Source of the DNA: a virus
Lineage: Duplodnaviria > Caudoviricetes
IMG/VR virus record: IMGVR_UViG_3300028587_000016
Location: 1-40,225 of that record
Strand: one strand, 5' to 3'
DNA: 40,225 nucleotides
Part shown: in pieces, positions 27,752-36,877 of the stretch
Position numbering within the stretch: the stretch's first letter is position 1
How the letters are laid out: the number at the start of each line of letters is the position of its first letter
The notes under the pieces: model-generated
Told to the model about the DNA's origin: nothing
What the model saw: the letters and a program-made list of their open reading frames with translations, nothing else
Database searches by the model: none
Translations under genes and position numbers: made by a program

Positions 27752-27987
27752 CGACCCCCCGCATCGGTGACCTCGGCCCGGCCGGCGGTGACGATGTCGT
27801 CCGCCCGCTCGCGGATCGCCGTGACCAGTGCGCTGTCGTCTGAGAGACGGCGGAACTCGCTGACCTCCATCAGCACGAGGTCGTACGGTAGGAGTTCGCT
27901 CGGGTCGACCTCCTCGGTCTCTACGACCATGATGCCCTTGCGCTCCTCGGTGGGCGGCGCCTCGAAGATCTTGTTGTACCGGATCAT
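27748..27987 (-). CDS. Hypothetical protein
   Basis: GGAG RBS; ATGA overlaps at both ends. Confidence 0.6.
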   Translation of the reverse strand: MIRYNKIFEAPPTEERKGIMVVETEEVDPSELLPYDLVLMEVSEFRRLSDDSALVTAIRERADDIVTAGRAEVTDAGGR

Positions 27988-28184
27988 GTGTTCTCCTCCT
28001 TCGGTGGCGGCCTGTGCTTGAGGACGACCACGACATCTACGACGTCGTCGACCTGGAAGGCGTGAGGCCTGCCGACAGTGTACGTCTGCGTGGACCGCTC
28101 GCCGGGCCAGTCCGGGTCTACCTTGCTCTCGCCGTCCCACACCTCGACGGCATCGTCGTGGACGGCGACGACCCTGTACGACAT
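27984..28184 (-). CDS. Hypothetical protein
   Basis: TGATG coupling to the MazG-like gene. Confidence 0.55.
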   Translation of the reverse strand: MSYRVVAVHDDAVEVWDGESKVDPDWPGERSTQTYTVGRPHAFQVDDVVDVVVVLKHRPPPKEENT

Positions 28185-28663
28185 CAGACGTCCCACCCGT
28201 TCTTCCGGAGGACCGACGCGATGTTCGGCGCCTGCCAACCCTCGGGCTTGACGACGTCGAATGTCGACAGGCGGGTGGACTCCTCGGCGCGGAGGGCGCG
28301 GACCTTCGTCATGTTCGCACGCTGGACCTCGTCCCAACCGTCCTGCCACGGGAACCCCATGAGTTGTGCCGTCCCGAAGGTGACGTACGCGAGATCGATG
28401 AGCGCGTCGAATGCCTCGGCCTCGTCGATCTCGATCACCGCTCCGAACGCCGTGTCCACGACGTCGATGAAGATCTTCGCCACCTCGCGAGCGTCGTGAC
28501 CCGTGCAGGCGGCGACGAACTCGCCGAGCTCTTCCGCGAGGAACTTGGCGCGAAACTCGAGGAGTTCTGCGTCTGGATTCCTTGGCCACGCCCGGGAGTG
28601 CGTGACGTTGTCGAGACCGAACCGCTCGTGGAAGTCCCCCACGTCGTCGAAGTTCGTCCCCAT
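28184..28663 (-). CDS. MazG-like nucleotide pyrophosphohydrolase
   Basis: V.DFH..FG, EELGEF, DALIDLAYV, EVQRANMTK, KPEGWQAP. Confidence 0.8.
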   Translation of the reverse strand: MGTNFDDVGDFHERFGLDNVTHSRAWPRNPDAELLEFRAKFLAEELGEFVAACTGHDAREVAKIFIDVVDTAFGAVIEIDEAEAFDALIDLAYVTFGTAQLMGFPWQDGWDEVQRANMTKVRALRAEESTRLSTFDVVKPEGWQAPNIASVLRKNGWDV

Positions 28664-29526
28664 CAGAACGGCTCCTCGTCGGTCGAGCTGTAGACGGCGG
28701 GAGGTGCGGCGGCAGCGGCTTGCTGCTGCATCCACGCGATCTGCTCCGGCGTGTACTGGACGGTCGCGTCCGGCGCGGGAGCGGCGACCGGCATCACCGG
28801 GACCGGAGGCGCCGCGGGAGGTGCGGGTGGCACCGGCGGCTGCGGTGGGATTGGTGGTTGAGGCGGCACGGGGACTGGCGGCGCCACCGGCTGCGGCGGA
28901 GGCGTCTGGACGACACCGGGCGGCATGGGCGGCATCTGCGGCGGCACGGGTGCGGGCTGCGGAGGAGCCGGGACCGGCGGCATGGCGGGCGGCACCGGAG
29001 CCTGGATCTGCGGAGGCACAGACGCGGGCGGCACGGGGTTGAACTGCGGCTGTGGGGCCGGAGCGGTCGGCATCTGCGGGACGCCGGGCGCTCCCGGCAT
29101 CGCGACGGCGCCCTGTCCCATCGGGGGCGAGTTGACGCCCGTGATCTGGTTGCGACCCGACCACTGGGTGTTGTCGTTGCGGATGCCGACGTTGACGAGA
29201 GCTCGGCGGCCCATCAGCGCCGCCGCGACCGAGGGCATCGGCGGGTTGGCCGCGAAGTACGCCCGATCGAGACCGAGCGCCGCCATGTGATCGAAGAAGA
29301 ACCGGAGCGAGTCCGCGTTCTCGGCAGAGATCGTCTCGGTGTCGAACAGGATGCGCCCCGCGTGCGCCCCGTCCAGGATGCGGTACTGCAGCTTCAGTTG
29401 CGGCTTCCTCGTCGAGGACTGAGTCGCCTCCGACTTGCTGACCTCCACGTGATACGGGCCCGGCGGGACGGGCTGGAAGCCCTCCCCCGCATCCGCCATC
29501 AGCTTGTTGAAGTCGATTGTCGTCAT
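28663..29526 (-). CDS. DUF669-like ssDNA-binding protein with long Pro-rich linker
   Basis: PVPPGPY...G.HAGR.LFD OB-like core; acidic C-terminal TDEEPF; adjacent to Sak4-like ATPase. Confidence 0.7.
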   Translation of the reverse strand: MTTIDFNKLMADAGEGFQPVPPGPYHVEVSKSEATQSSTRKPQLKLQYRILDGAHAGRILFDTETISAENADSLRFFFDHMAALGLDRAYFAANPPMPSVAAALMGRRALVNVGIRNDNTQWSGRNQITGVNSPPMGQGAVAMPGAPGVPQMPTAPAPQPQFNPVPPASVPPQIQAPVPPAMPPVPAPPQPAPVPPQMPPMPPGVVQTPPPQPVAPPVPVPPQPPIPPQPPVPPAPPAAPPVPVMPVAAPAPDATVQYTPEQIAWMQQQAAAAAPPAVYSSTDEEPF

Positions 29527-30317
29527 GATGTCACTGTCTCCAATGTCTGGGGTGGTTGGTAATGCGGGTACACCGCATCGAGGATCTTGCTGATGTCCGG
29601 GTCGTCGATGACCGGGCCGACCCTGCCCTGGACTCGCTGGCCCGCCTCGTATGATGGGTGCTGATTGACCAGCAACTTACGGACCTCGACGGTCGGCTGT
29701 CCTTGCGCGTCAAGCATCATGTCCGTGTAGAGGTAGCCGACGATGTCCATCCAGTACGGCAGGGCAGTCTGGATCTGTCCCTGCATGTACGGTCGCCACT
29801 TGCCATCCGGCCCCTGCCTTGTCTCGGCGACGAACACCGCGACCCGGATCGGGTTGTACGGATTGATGGTCAGGTCGCGCAGACCGCGGATGACGTCGTC
29901 CATCCCGGTCAGGAGGTTGCCCCAGTCCTGCTGCTTCATGGACTCCGTGCCGACCAGATTCTTCTTCAGGCGACGCTGAATCTCGCTGATGGAGTCCACG
30001 TCGACCGTGACGAAGTCATGTTGTCCCTGCTCCAACCACATCCTGGCATTGACGAGGTTCTGCCACTCCATGACCGTGACGAGCGCGATGTCCCACGTGC
30101 CGTCCCACCTCGGCGGTGGTCCTGCAGGGTCCCAGGGGATGATCACGGGCCAACGCCCGTACTTCATCGCGAGCTGCTCCGACGAGGCGAGGAACTTGCT
30201 GCCGCCCTCAGCGTCGAACTTGATGATCGGTCTCGGAGCGGACCCTGTGAGAGTCGTCTTCCCGATCTTGGAGTGCGCGTGGATGAGGACGCTCAGCGTC
30301 CTCGGGTCATACGTCAT
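29523..30317 (-). CDS. Sak4-like / AAA_24 recombinase ATPase
   Basis: Walker A HAHSKIGKT, DAEGG, VDSISE, DWG, DIVGYL. Confidence 0.8.
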   Translation of the reverse strand: MTYDPRTLSVLIHAHSKIGKTTLTGSAPRPIIKFDAEGGSKFLASSEQLAMKYGRWPVIIPWDPAGPPPRWDGTWDIALVTVMEWQNLVNARMWLEQGQHDFVTVDVDSISEIQRRLKKNLVGTESMKQQDWGNLLTGMDDVIRGLRDLTINPYNPIRVAVFVAETRQGPDGKWRPYMQGQIQTALPYWMDIVGYLYTDMMLDAQGQPTVEVRKLLVNQHPSYEAGQRVQGRVGPVIDDPDISKILDAVYPHYQPPQTLETVTS

Positions 30318-31275
30318 TCGTCACGTCCTGTCTGTAGCGCTCCATTGGGTCGCCCTCCTCATAGAGAGATTGTAGCATGTCCTCGGCGCGACTGCCATCA
30401 TCCAGCATGGAACATACGGCGAAGAACTCGCACTTCCAGTGGCAGTCGCGATTCGGCCGAGGGTACACGACGACGTGATGCTGCTCGCCGGACTCTAGAC
30501 GCCGCTCGACCTCCTGGATGTCCCGGATGACGCCCATCACCTTCCACCACGCGCTCTCCAACTCGGTCGGCGTGAACATGTGGTCAGCTCGGTCATAGAA
30601 GGGCGGCTTGGCGGCGGCGGTCCGCTTGACCTTCCGGATCATGTTCACGACGGCGCCGTCACTCCGAAACGCCGGGAACACGGCCCGCTTGAGGATCTCG
30701 TACAGGAGGCGCTGCTCGTCCTGCCGCAGACGACGGCGGAGATCCGCGAAGTCGCCGGTCTTGTGGTCCATGTCCAGCCGCACGCCGTCGTGAATGCGCT
30801 CGACGATGGTGTCCATCTTGCCGGCGATCGACAGGCCCGGCGCGAACTCGTACTCGATCGGCACCTCTGACGCGAGCACTCGGTAGTCCGCGTCGGCACC
30901 AGTCTCGCTGATCCACTGGACGTAGCCCTCGATCATCGCCCTGGCGAGGTCCGCCTCCTTGTCGAACTCCTTCAACTCGAGCTCGGGAGTGAGTGCCTCC
31001 TCCATCCAGCCGAGTTGATCAGACGGCAGCGTCAACTTGGAGGCGACCACGGCGCGGTCCGCTGCCAGCACCTGCTCGAGCCGGATGCGAGGATCGAGCG
31101 GCGTCTGCCCGTCAGGCACGTACCATCCGGCGAGCGCCTGGTGCACCCTCGTGCCGAGCGGAGCCGCTCCTGTCTTCTTGCCGAACTTGGGCCGGAGCCG
31201 ACGGTAGTGCCCCAGCCACCACTTGCGCCGGCAGTCCTTGAATGTCTGCATCTCACTGTTGGTGAAGTATCTCAC
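30307..31275 (-). CDS. Cas4-like PD-(D/E)xK exonuclease
   Basis: CRRKWW, GTRVH, GKMD, DHKT, Q..LY, CHWKCEF..VC. Confidence 0.85.
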   Translation of the reverse strand: MRYFTNSEMQTFKDCRRKWWLGHYRRLRPKFGKKTGAAPLGTRVHQALAGWYVPDGQTPLDPRIRLEQVLAADRAVVASKLTLPSDQLGWMEEALTPELELKEFDKEADLARAMIEGYVQWISETGADADYRVLASEVPIEYEFAPGLSIAGKMDTIVERIHDGVRLDMDHKTGDFADLRRRLRQDEQRLLYEILKRAVFPAFRSDGAVVNMIRKVKRTAAAKPPFYDRADHMFTPTELESAWWKVMGVIRDIQEVERRLESGEQHHVVVYPRPNRDCHWKCEFFAVCSMLDDGSRAEDMLQSLYEEGDPMERYRQDVTNDV

Positions 31276-31454
31276 GGGCGATGTTCTCCCAGGTGCCAGC
31301 GCAGACGACGGCAGGTGATCGAGCCGTACACGGCGATCTCAGTGCCGTCCGTGATAGTGCCATTCTCCTCGATGCGATCAGGTTGTCGAATGGACCAGAT
31401 CATGTTTCCGCGGGCGAGCCACTTCCGGCAGCGGATGCGGAACAGACGTCTCAT
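31272..31454 (-). CDS. Hypothetical protein
   Basis: ATGA/GTGA coupling; C...C...H.GEH motif. Confidence 0.45.
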   Translation of the reverse strand: MRRLFRIRCRKWLARGNMIWSIRQPDRIEENGTITDGTEIAVYGSITCRRLRWHLGEHRP

Positions 31455-31699
31455 ATCCCTGTGTCCCACTGCTTGTCCGGGTGGACTGCCACCTGATACG
31501 CGCTCGCGGCTCGCGCGATCGCATCGAGTTTCTGATCCGCATCTTTTTGCGGACGGAGCGTGTTGCGGAACGTCCACCGGAGTGCGGCGTCGATGAGGTT
31601 CTGGGTGAGTTGCTCGATCTGACTCGGCGTCCCTCCCCCCACGTCGTGGACGTCGATCTCGATGTCGTATCCCGGCCCGTGGAACTTGTGAACGGTCAT
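31451..31699 (-). CDS. Hypothetical protein
   Basis: ATGA coupling at both ends. Confidence 0.55.
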   Translation of the reverse strand: MTVHKFHGPGYDIEIDVHDVGGGTPSQIEQLTQNLIDAALRWTFRNTLRPQKDADQKLDAIARAASAYQVAVHPDKQWDTGI

Positions 31700-32022
31700 G
31701 GCCGCACCCACAAGCTCGCGTCACCGAGATCGACTCGAGCCGTCTGATCCGGCACGGTAATCGCATGCCCAGACAACGTCGTCCCAATCCGTTGTCCCTC
31801 ACTGAGATAGCCATTGCCGACGGACGGACCATTGCAACCACTCGCACCGCCGCAGACGTCGCCACGATGACGACCGTGCGAGCAGCGATCGAGCTCGGAT
31901 AGGAGTGTGACGGCGTCCTGCATCTTGATCAGATCCGCGCGCCGGACGATCTTCCACTCTTCTGGGAGATCGCTCTCGACAAGATTGCCATTCCAACTGA
32001 TGTGAACATGATACGTACTCAT
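31696..32022 (-). CDS. Hypothetical Cys/His-containing protein
   Basis: LDRCSHGRHRGDVC..C motif; ATGA overlap. Confidence 0.6.
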   Translation of the reverse strand: MSTYHVHISWNGNLVESDLPEEWKIVRRADLIKMQDAVTLLSELDRCSHGRHRGDVCGGASGCNGPSVGNGYLSEGQRIGTTLSGHAITVPDQTARVDLGDASLWVRP

Positions 32023-32774
32023 CTCGTGAACTTCCCTCTGTGCTTCTCGATCTCCTGGTTGAATCGCTTGGCCCTGTCAGGATCGGCGTCTGGGTAGCCG
32101 CGGGTGTGCAGTTCGTTCCAGACGTCCTCCAACGAGTAGCGGGTGCGGATCTTCGGATGAGGCGGTGGTGAAGTTGAGAATGGGTCCCACCCGCCCTTGA
32201 AGAGCAGATCGCGCACCATGTTGTACTCGCCGGTGTAGGGCAGGCTGACGCACTCCTCGTGTCGCTCCTCGAGGCGTTCTCGGATCTGTCGGACGCGATG
32301 CCACTGGTGGTCGACCGTCGCCTCCTCGTTGATGCCCTTCCCGGTGGGTCCACGTCCGCCGTTGCGACTCATGATCCGCTCCCGGCAGACCTCGAGCGGC
32401 GTCTCCATGAACGCGAACGTGATGGCTCCAGGAGGTCCGAGTCGCTTCCGCAGTTCGTGGTAGCGACCGATCGCGAGTGACGCCATCATCGACTCGAACA
32501 GGACGTGTGGGTAGATGGCGCAGTTCCGCTCGAGCCACAACGTGACGAGTTCGGTCTTGCCCGGCATGAGCATGTCCATGCCGCCGGTCTTCGCGGTCGT
32601 CGCGTACGGCCCGACCACGAACAGCCCGCCCGCGACGAGGTGCCCGACCTGCCGGGGCTTCACCTTGTTCCAGCCGACCTTCTCCCACACCTCCACGGAC
32701 GGGTAGTCCTTCAGCAGTTGGTAGACGTTCGTCGACTTGCCGCTGCACGACGAGCCCCTGATGTTGAGGATCAC
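32019..32774 (-). CDS. P-loop nucleotide kinase of DNA base-modification loci
   Basis: ILNIRGSSCSGKST, G.Y....GG.D, VLFE, TPLEVCRERI; GTG start overlapping upstream TAG. Confidence 0.7.
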   Translation of the reverse strand: MILNIRGSSCSGKSTNVYQLLKDYPSVEVWEKVGWNKVKPRQVGHLVAGGLFVVGPYATTAKTGGMDMLMPGKTELVTLWLERNCAIYPHVLFESMMASLAIGRYHELRKRLGPPGAITFAFMETPLEVCRERIMSRNGGRGPTGKGINEEATVDHQWHRVRQIRERLEERHEECVSLPYTGEYNMVRDLLFKGGWDPFSTSPPPHPKIRTRYSLEDVWNELHTRGYPDADPDRAKRFNQEIEKHRGKFTR

Positions 32775-32992
32775 TAGAACATCTCCTGTCGCTGGACGTC
32801 GTCGATCTTCGCGGCGAACTCCTCGTATGACATCGCGATCCACACCACGATGCCGTTGCTCCGCTGGTCGATCGCGACCTCTGTCCGCGTGGCGTCCGCC
32901 TCGCCCCCGCTCGCGTGGATGATGTAGCGGGTGTTCAGCATGATCTCCTCGACCTCACCCTTGCTGTTGATCTGCGGCAATCTGATGATCAT
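32774..32992 (-). CDS. Hypothetical protein
   Basis: 72 aa, coupled at both ends. Confidence 0.6.
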   Translation of the reverse strand: MIIRLPQINSKGEVEEIMLNTRYIIHASGGEADATRTEVAIDQRSNGIVVWIAMSYEEFAAKIDDVQRQEMF

Positions 32993-33411
32993 CTCGGCCT
33001 CCCGAGCGCGTGAAGGTACTCCTCGAAGTAGATGTTGTCGATGGCCCGAGGACGGCACTGACGCACCCACAGCATCGCCTCGTCGCCGGTCCAATTGTGG
33101 ATCTCGCGGACAACGAGTGCCCCGATGAGACCGGATCTGTTGCGCCCAGCGTTACAGTGGAGGATCGTGAAGAGTCCCCGATTCATCATGCTCAACGCGG
33201 TGTCGCGAGCCTGAATCGCGTACGGCTCTCTCATCTTCCCGTCCGGGATTGGGATGTGAGACCACCAGCCGACACGCTCGATCACGGCCTCTGACGGCCT
33301 GCGATGACAGAGGGTGATCAGCCCGTGGCAGGACTCCAGGCCCCACTTGTCCATGTGGGTGACGGCCGGGAACGGCGCCATGCTCAGTCGCTCATGCAAG
33401 GCCCAGGGCAC
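32989..33411 (-). CDS. Dual-specificity / PTP-like phosphatase
   Basis: HCNAGRNRSG (CX5R) loop and PIPD acid loop; GTG 33411 with GGAGGT RBS. Confidence 0.85.
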   Translation of the reverse strand: MPWALHERLSMAPFPAVTHMDKWGLESCHGLITLCHRRPSEAVIERVGWWSHIPIPDGKMREPYAIQARDTALSMMNRGLFTILHCNAGRNRSGLIGALVVREIHNWTGDEAMLWVRQCRPRAIDNIYFEEYLHALGRPR

Positions 33412-34348
33412 GTACCACCTCCATCTGCTGCTCTTCCAACTCGGGTCTGACTCCCCACCATGACGGGTCGCCGCGCTCTCCGAGATACTGATGAGGATAG
33501 AGACGACTGCGAAGACCATAGAAGTCGAACTGCTCTTGCATCGCGTCTCCTCCCTCGAGACCGTAGTGGCCGATCGCCTTCCCCCAGTGGCCGAGTTCGC
33601 TGTCGTGCCTGCCGGCCGCGTACTTGCCGCGGAGTGTCTGCCCGTAGATGCAGAACATGGTCTCGATCTGGAACCAGGACACCGGTACCTCGAGTCGCAT
33701 GATGATGCCCTGCCTGATTCGCTCTGCGAGCTCGTCCACGTCGCGACTCGCGTTCCGGTCGGTCAGCAACTTCTTGTCGGTCAGCAGATGCTCGTGTTCC
33801 GGCATCATCAACGCCATCGAGCGACGTGGGAACTTCGCGTCGCGGGGGACGATCGTGTTCTGTGGTGAGGACATCAGATCGGCCTGGTACATCGTCTCGA
33901 GCAGCTTCATCGTCGCGTACCGTCCGAAGTACGGCACCTCGTCCGTGACAGACTTGAGAACCTCCGCGTACGACCGATCCTTCATCTCCTCGTACCTGCC
34001 CTCACACCAGCGCAGCCACCCGCTGGCGCAGGTCATGAACCTCGGCCAACTGCCCTTGACGGGCCGGCGCTCCTTCCGGATCGGCAGCCCCTTGCCGTGC
34101 TGCTCCAGCCACGGCCCCCAGGACATCGGGTCAGGCTTGCGCTCCCAGAGGCGCCACAGCAGGGCGGCGCCAGCGCACGTGTACGGCACGACGAACAGGC
34201 CGGCGAGCTCGGGTCCTCCGATCGGATGCGCCTTGATCGCCTCCGCGGTCAACTTGACCTGCGGGTCGGGCCCGCCCGCGTCCATCTCGATCCGGCAGAA
34301 CTCGGTGAAGAGCTTGCGGTGGATGGGTGCTGCCTCCTCAGGCGACAT
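33392..34348 (-). CDS. Amino acid:DNA transferase-like (aGPT-Pplase2, HhH-glycosylase-like fold)
   Basis: GGPDP, FGRYATMKLLE, FQIETMFC.Y, GKYAAG motifs resemble this family; adjacent to the P-loop kinase. Confidence 0.6.
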   Translation of the reverse strand: MSPEEAAPIHRKLFTEFCRIEMDAGGPDPQVKLTAEAIKAHPIGGPELAGLFVVPYTCAGAALLWRLWERKPDPMSWGPWLEQHGKGLPIRKERRPVKGSWPRFMTCASGWLRWCEGRYEEMKDRSYAEVLKSVTDEVPYFGRYATMKLLETMYQADLMSSPQNTIVPRDAKFPRRSMALMMPEHEHLLTDKKLLTDRNASRDVDELAERIRQGIIMRLEVPVSWFQIETMFCIYGQTLRGKYAAGRHDSELGHWGKAIGHYGLEGGDAMQEQFDFYGLRSRLYPHQYLGERGDPSWWGVRPELEEQQMEVVRALGLA

Positions 34349-34739
34349 GGCCAGCCCTTCTCAACTCGGCCATCACGTGGTGATATGTCGGTCCGTTGCT
34401 GCAGAGGAGATCGAGGACTCGCTTCTCGAGCGGAGCGTCTGCCGGCTGCCCTCGCCACCTGGCACGGAGCAGCGGTTCGTTGACGGAGCCGAATCGTCTG
34501 ATCGCGCCGATGACGACGTCCTCCGGGTCGGGCAGCGGGTCAGATTCCTCGGCGTGCGACGTCAACTCGAGGTACTCGTCGGCGCTGAGGATCACGATGT
34601 GCACGTGGCGCTCCTCGCCGTCCGCGTCTTGGTCGGCGTCGCAGGCGTCGATCTCGTCGATCGAGTGGTCCGACCCTCCCGTGTAGTCGTGCCACTGATT
34701 CATGTGGAACACGTTGATGCTACCCATGTCCTGTGTCAT
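34338..34739 (-). CDS. Hypothetical acidic protein
   Basis: AGGAG RBS; overlaps both neighbours. Confidence 0.6.
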   Translation of the reverse strand: MTQDMGSINVFHMNQWHDYTGGSDHSIDEIDACDADQDADGEERHVHIVILSADEYLELTSHAEESDPLPDPEDVVIGAIRRFGSVNEPLLRARWRGQPADAPLEKRVLDLLCSNGPTYHHVMAELRRAGHVA

Positions 34740-36567
34740 CTCCTAGTGTCGGATCGATCAATGTCTTCATCGTGAAGAAGTCCTGACGGATGTCGTCGAT
34801 GGTGCTCGTCCAGTCGCCGCCGTCTCGCCTGATCTCCTCGAGACGACGCAACTTCTCGTGTACTCTGCTGATCTGCCACTCCTCGATCGTGCCCTGGGCC
34901 ATCACGTCGATGACGTGGATCTTCTCGTGGATCTCGCTGCCGATCCGGTGCACCCTGTCCTCCGCCTGGAGGTTCCGGATGGCGGACCAGTCCCGCTGGA
35001 GGAACACGATGGTATCCGCCGCGGTCATGGTCAGGCCCGTGCCGCCGGCGCCGATCGTGAACAGGAGGACGCGGAGGCGCCCGGCCTGGAACTCATCGAG
35101 GTACCGCCGGCGGTCGAGCTCGTGGACGTCGCCGGTGATCAGGCCATGAGGGATCTTCTCCTTCTCGAGTCTGGCCGACGCGAGGTTGATCAGCTGCTTG
35201 CTGAGCGCGCAGGCGACGACCTGCCGGCCCTCCGTCTCGGCGAGGACCTCCATCAGCACGTCCACCTTCGGACTCGGCTCGATCATCCGGTACGTCCCGT
35301 CCGGCTCGGTGGTGCCGTACGCGGACGACATCTGCAGGAGTCGGGTGGACTGCACGAGGGTGTTCGACGCGAACGCGATCGTCCCGTCCTCGAACCTGGT
35401 GATCATCTGCTCGTCGAGCTCCTTGTACGCCTTCAGCATCTTCTCCGGCAGTGTCGCGTAGCGAGTGGACCTGTACTTCTCGGGCAGCCACGGCGCTGCC
35501 TGCGCCTTGGTCACCCTGCGGTAGCGGGCGTCGAAGAAGGAGAAGAACTCGACGGCGTTGTCTTGCCTGAGACCGACGATGTCCAGCCCGCCGAACGCGT
35601 TCCAGCTCAGTTGCGCGTAGCGATCGAGGAACGCCGAGCGGACCGGGTACTCGGCAGGCGCGATGGCGTGCATGATAGACCACAAGTCGCCGACATGATT
35701 CGCGATCGGCGTGCCCGTCGTGGCGATCCTGCGCGTGACGGACGGGTCGTGCATGACGGCCCAGCAGGCGCGAGTCTGCTGACTCTTCGGGTCCTTCAGC
35801 GCCTGCGCCTCGTCGATGAGGACGGATCGGATGACGCCGGTGCCGTTCAACTCCTTTGGGTGCGCGTGGCACTGGGCCGGTTTGACGGCCTCGTCCTCAC
35901 CGCCGCAGGCGACGCACCGCTTGAGACGGACGCTGCCGTACGGCGCGAGCCTGCTGTGCGAGCGGAGGCCCTCGTAGTTGATGACGATCAGCGCGGTCGG
36001 GTCGGCGAGAGCTGCCCTGAGGATCTTCTGCCGACCCGCCGCGCCTCCTGTCACCACGTAGACCGCCGTGCCAGGCATCCACTTCTTCGCCTCTGACTCC
36101 CACACGCGCTTGACGCTGTTCGGGCAGACGATCAGCGCCGGCAGCGCACCCTCCAGGGAGCGGAGTGCGACCTGACAACTGATGGTCTTCCCCGTGCCCA
36201 TGTCGTTGCCGAGGAGCATCCCGTCGCCGGCCCAGTACATCCAGTAGTAGTCGCAGAGTTGCCACGGGTAGAGGCCCGACGCGGACGCGTCCAGACCCTC
36301 CACCTCGACGAGAGATCGCCACGCCTTCGCGCGCTCCATCGCCTGCCTGCGCTCCTCGGCCCACGCCAGGACGTCATCCGCGGCGGACATCCGGCCGGCG
36401 AACGTGTTGCCGAGCTGGATGAACGCGACGATCGTCCGCGGCACGTGCCACGTCTTGCGGTGACTATCCCATCGGGCTCCCGGCACCTGCCGGATCAGCT
36501 CCTTGTCGGACCAGTCGCAGGCCACGTCCAAGCGGTCATCGAGAGACGAGAAGGTCAGGACGGGCAT
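34720..36567 (-). CDS. SNF2-family helicase
   Basis: DMGTGKT, DEAQ, TGTP, GTGLTMTAA, QAEDRVHRIG; TGATG start 36567. Confidence 0.9.
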   Translation of the reverse strand: MPVLTFSSLDDRLDVACDWSDKELIRQVPGARWDSHRKTWHVPRTIVAFIQLGNTFAGRMSAADDVLAWAEERRQAMERAKAWRSLVEVEGLDASASGLYPWQLCDYYWMYWAGDGMLLGNDMGTGKTISCQVALRSLEGALPALIVCPNSVKRVWESEAKKWMPGTAVYVVTGGAAGRQKILRAALADPTALIVINYEGLRSHSRLAPYGSVRLKRCVACGGEDEAVKPAQCHAHPKELNGTGVIRSVLIDEAQALKDPKSQQTRACWAVMHDPSVTRRIATTGTPIANHVGDLWSIMHAIAPAEYPVRSAFLDRYAQLSWNAFGGLDIVGLRQDNAVEFFSFFDARYRRVTKAQAAPWLPEKYRSTRYATLPEKMLKAYKELDEQMITRFEDGTIAFASNTLVQSTRLLQMSSAYGTTEPDGTYRMIEPSPKVDVLMEVLAETEGRQVVACALSKQLINLASARLEKEKIPHGLITGDVHELDRRRYLDEFQAGRLRVLLFTIGAGGTGLTMTAADTIVFLQRDWSAIRNLQAEDRVHRIGSEIHEKIHVIDVMAQGTIEEWQISRVHEKLRRLEEIRRDGGDWTSTIDDIRQDFFTMKTLIDPTLGDDTGHG

Positions 36568-36875
36568 CAGCCGCGAGGCCTCCACCAGCCGAGCTCAGAC
36601 AGACCGTGCCCGCGCTCCCACAGGTACAACTCTGTGCCACCACCGACCCAACGCTGACTTCCGTGCGTCGTCGGCGTGTCGCGGAGCGGGTAGGCGATCA
36701 CCCTCTGGATCGCGTCGAACTCGCAGTCGGGACGGCAGTCGCGACGCTTCTCATCCTCCTTGCGGAGTGACAGCACGATCTGCTCCTGGACCTTCTCGGT
36801 CAGGTCGCCGTTGTGGTAGCGGAACCCGACCGCCCTGTCCTGAGGGTCCATGCCGAAGAACACCCACGTGGTCAT
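36567..36875 (-). CDS. Hypothetical protein
   Basis: Coupled ORF in the operon. Confidence 0.55.
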   Translation of the reverse strand: MTTWVFFGMDPQDRAVGFRYHNGDLTEKVQEQIVLSLRKEDEKRRDCRPDCEFDAIQRVIAYPLRDTPTTHGSQRWVGGGTELYLWERGHGLSELGWWRPRG

Positions 36876-36877
36876 GG

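Noticed and set aside
30307-31275. Cas4-like nuclease as evidence of CRISPR-Cas
   Set aside because: No array or other cas genes; it sits in a standard phage recombination module
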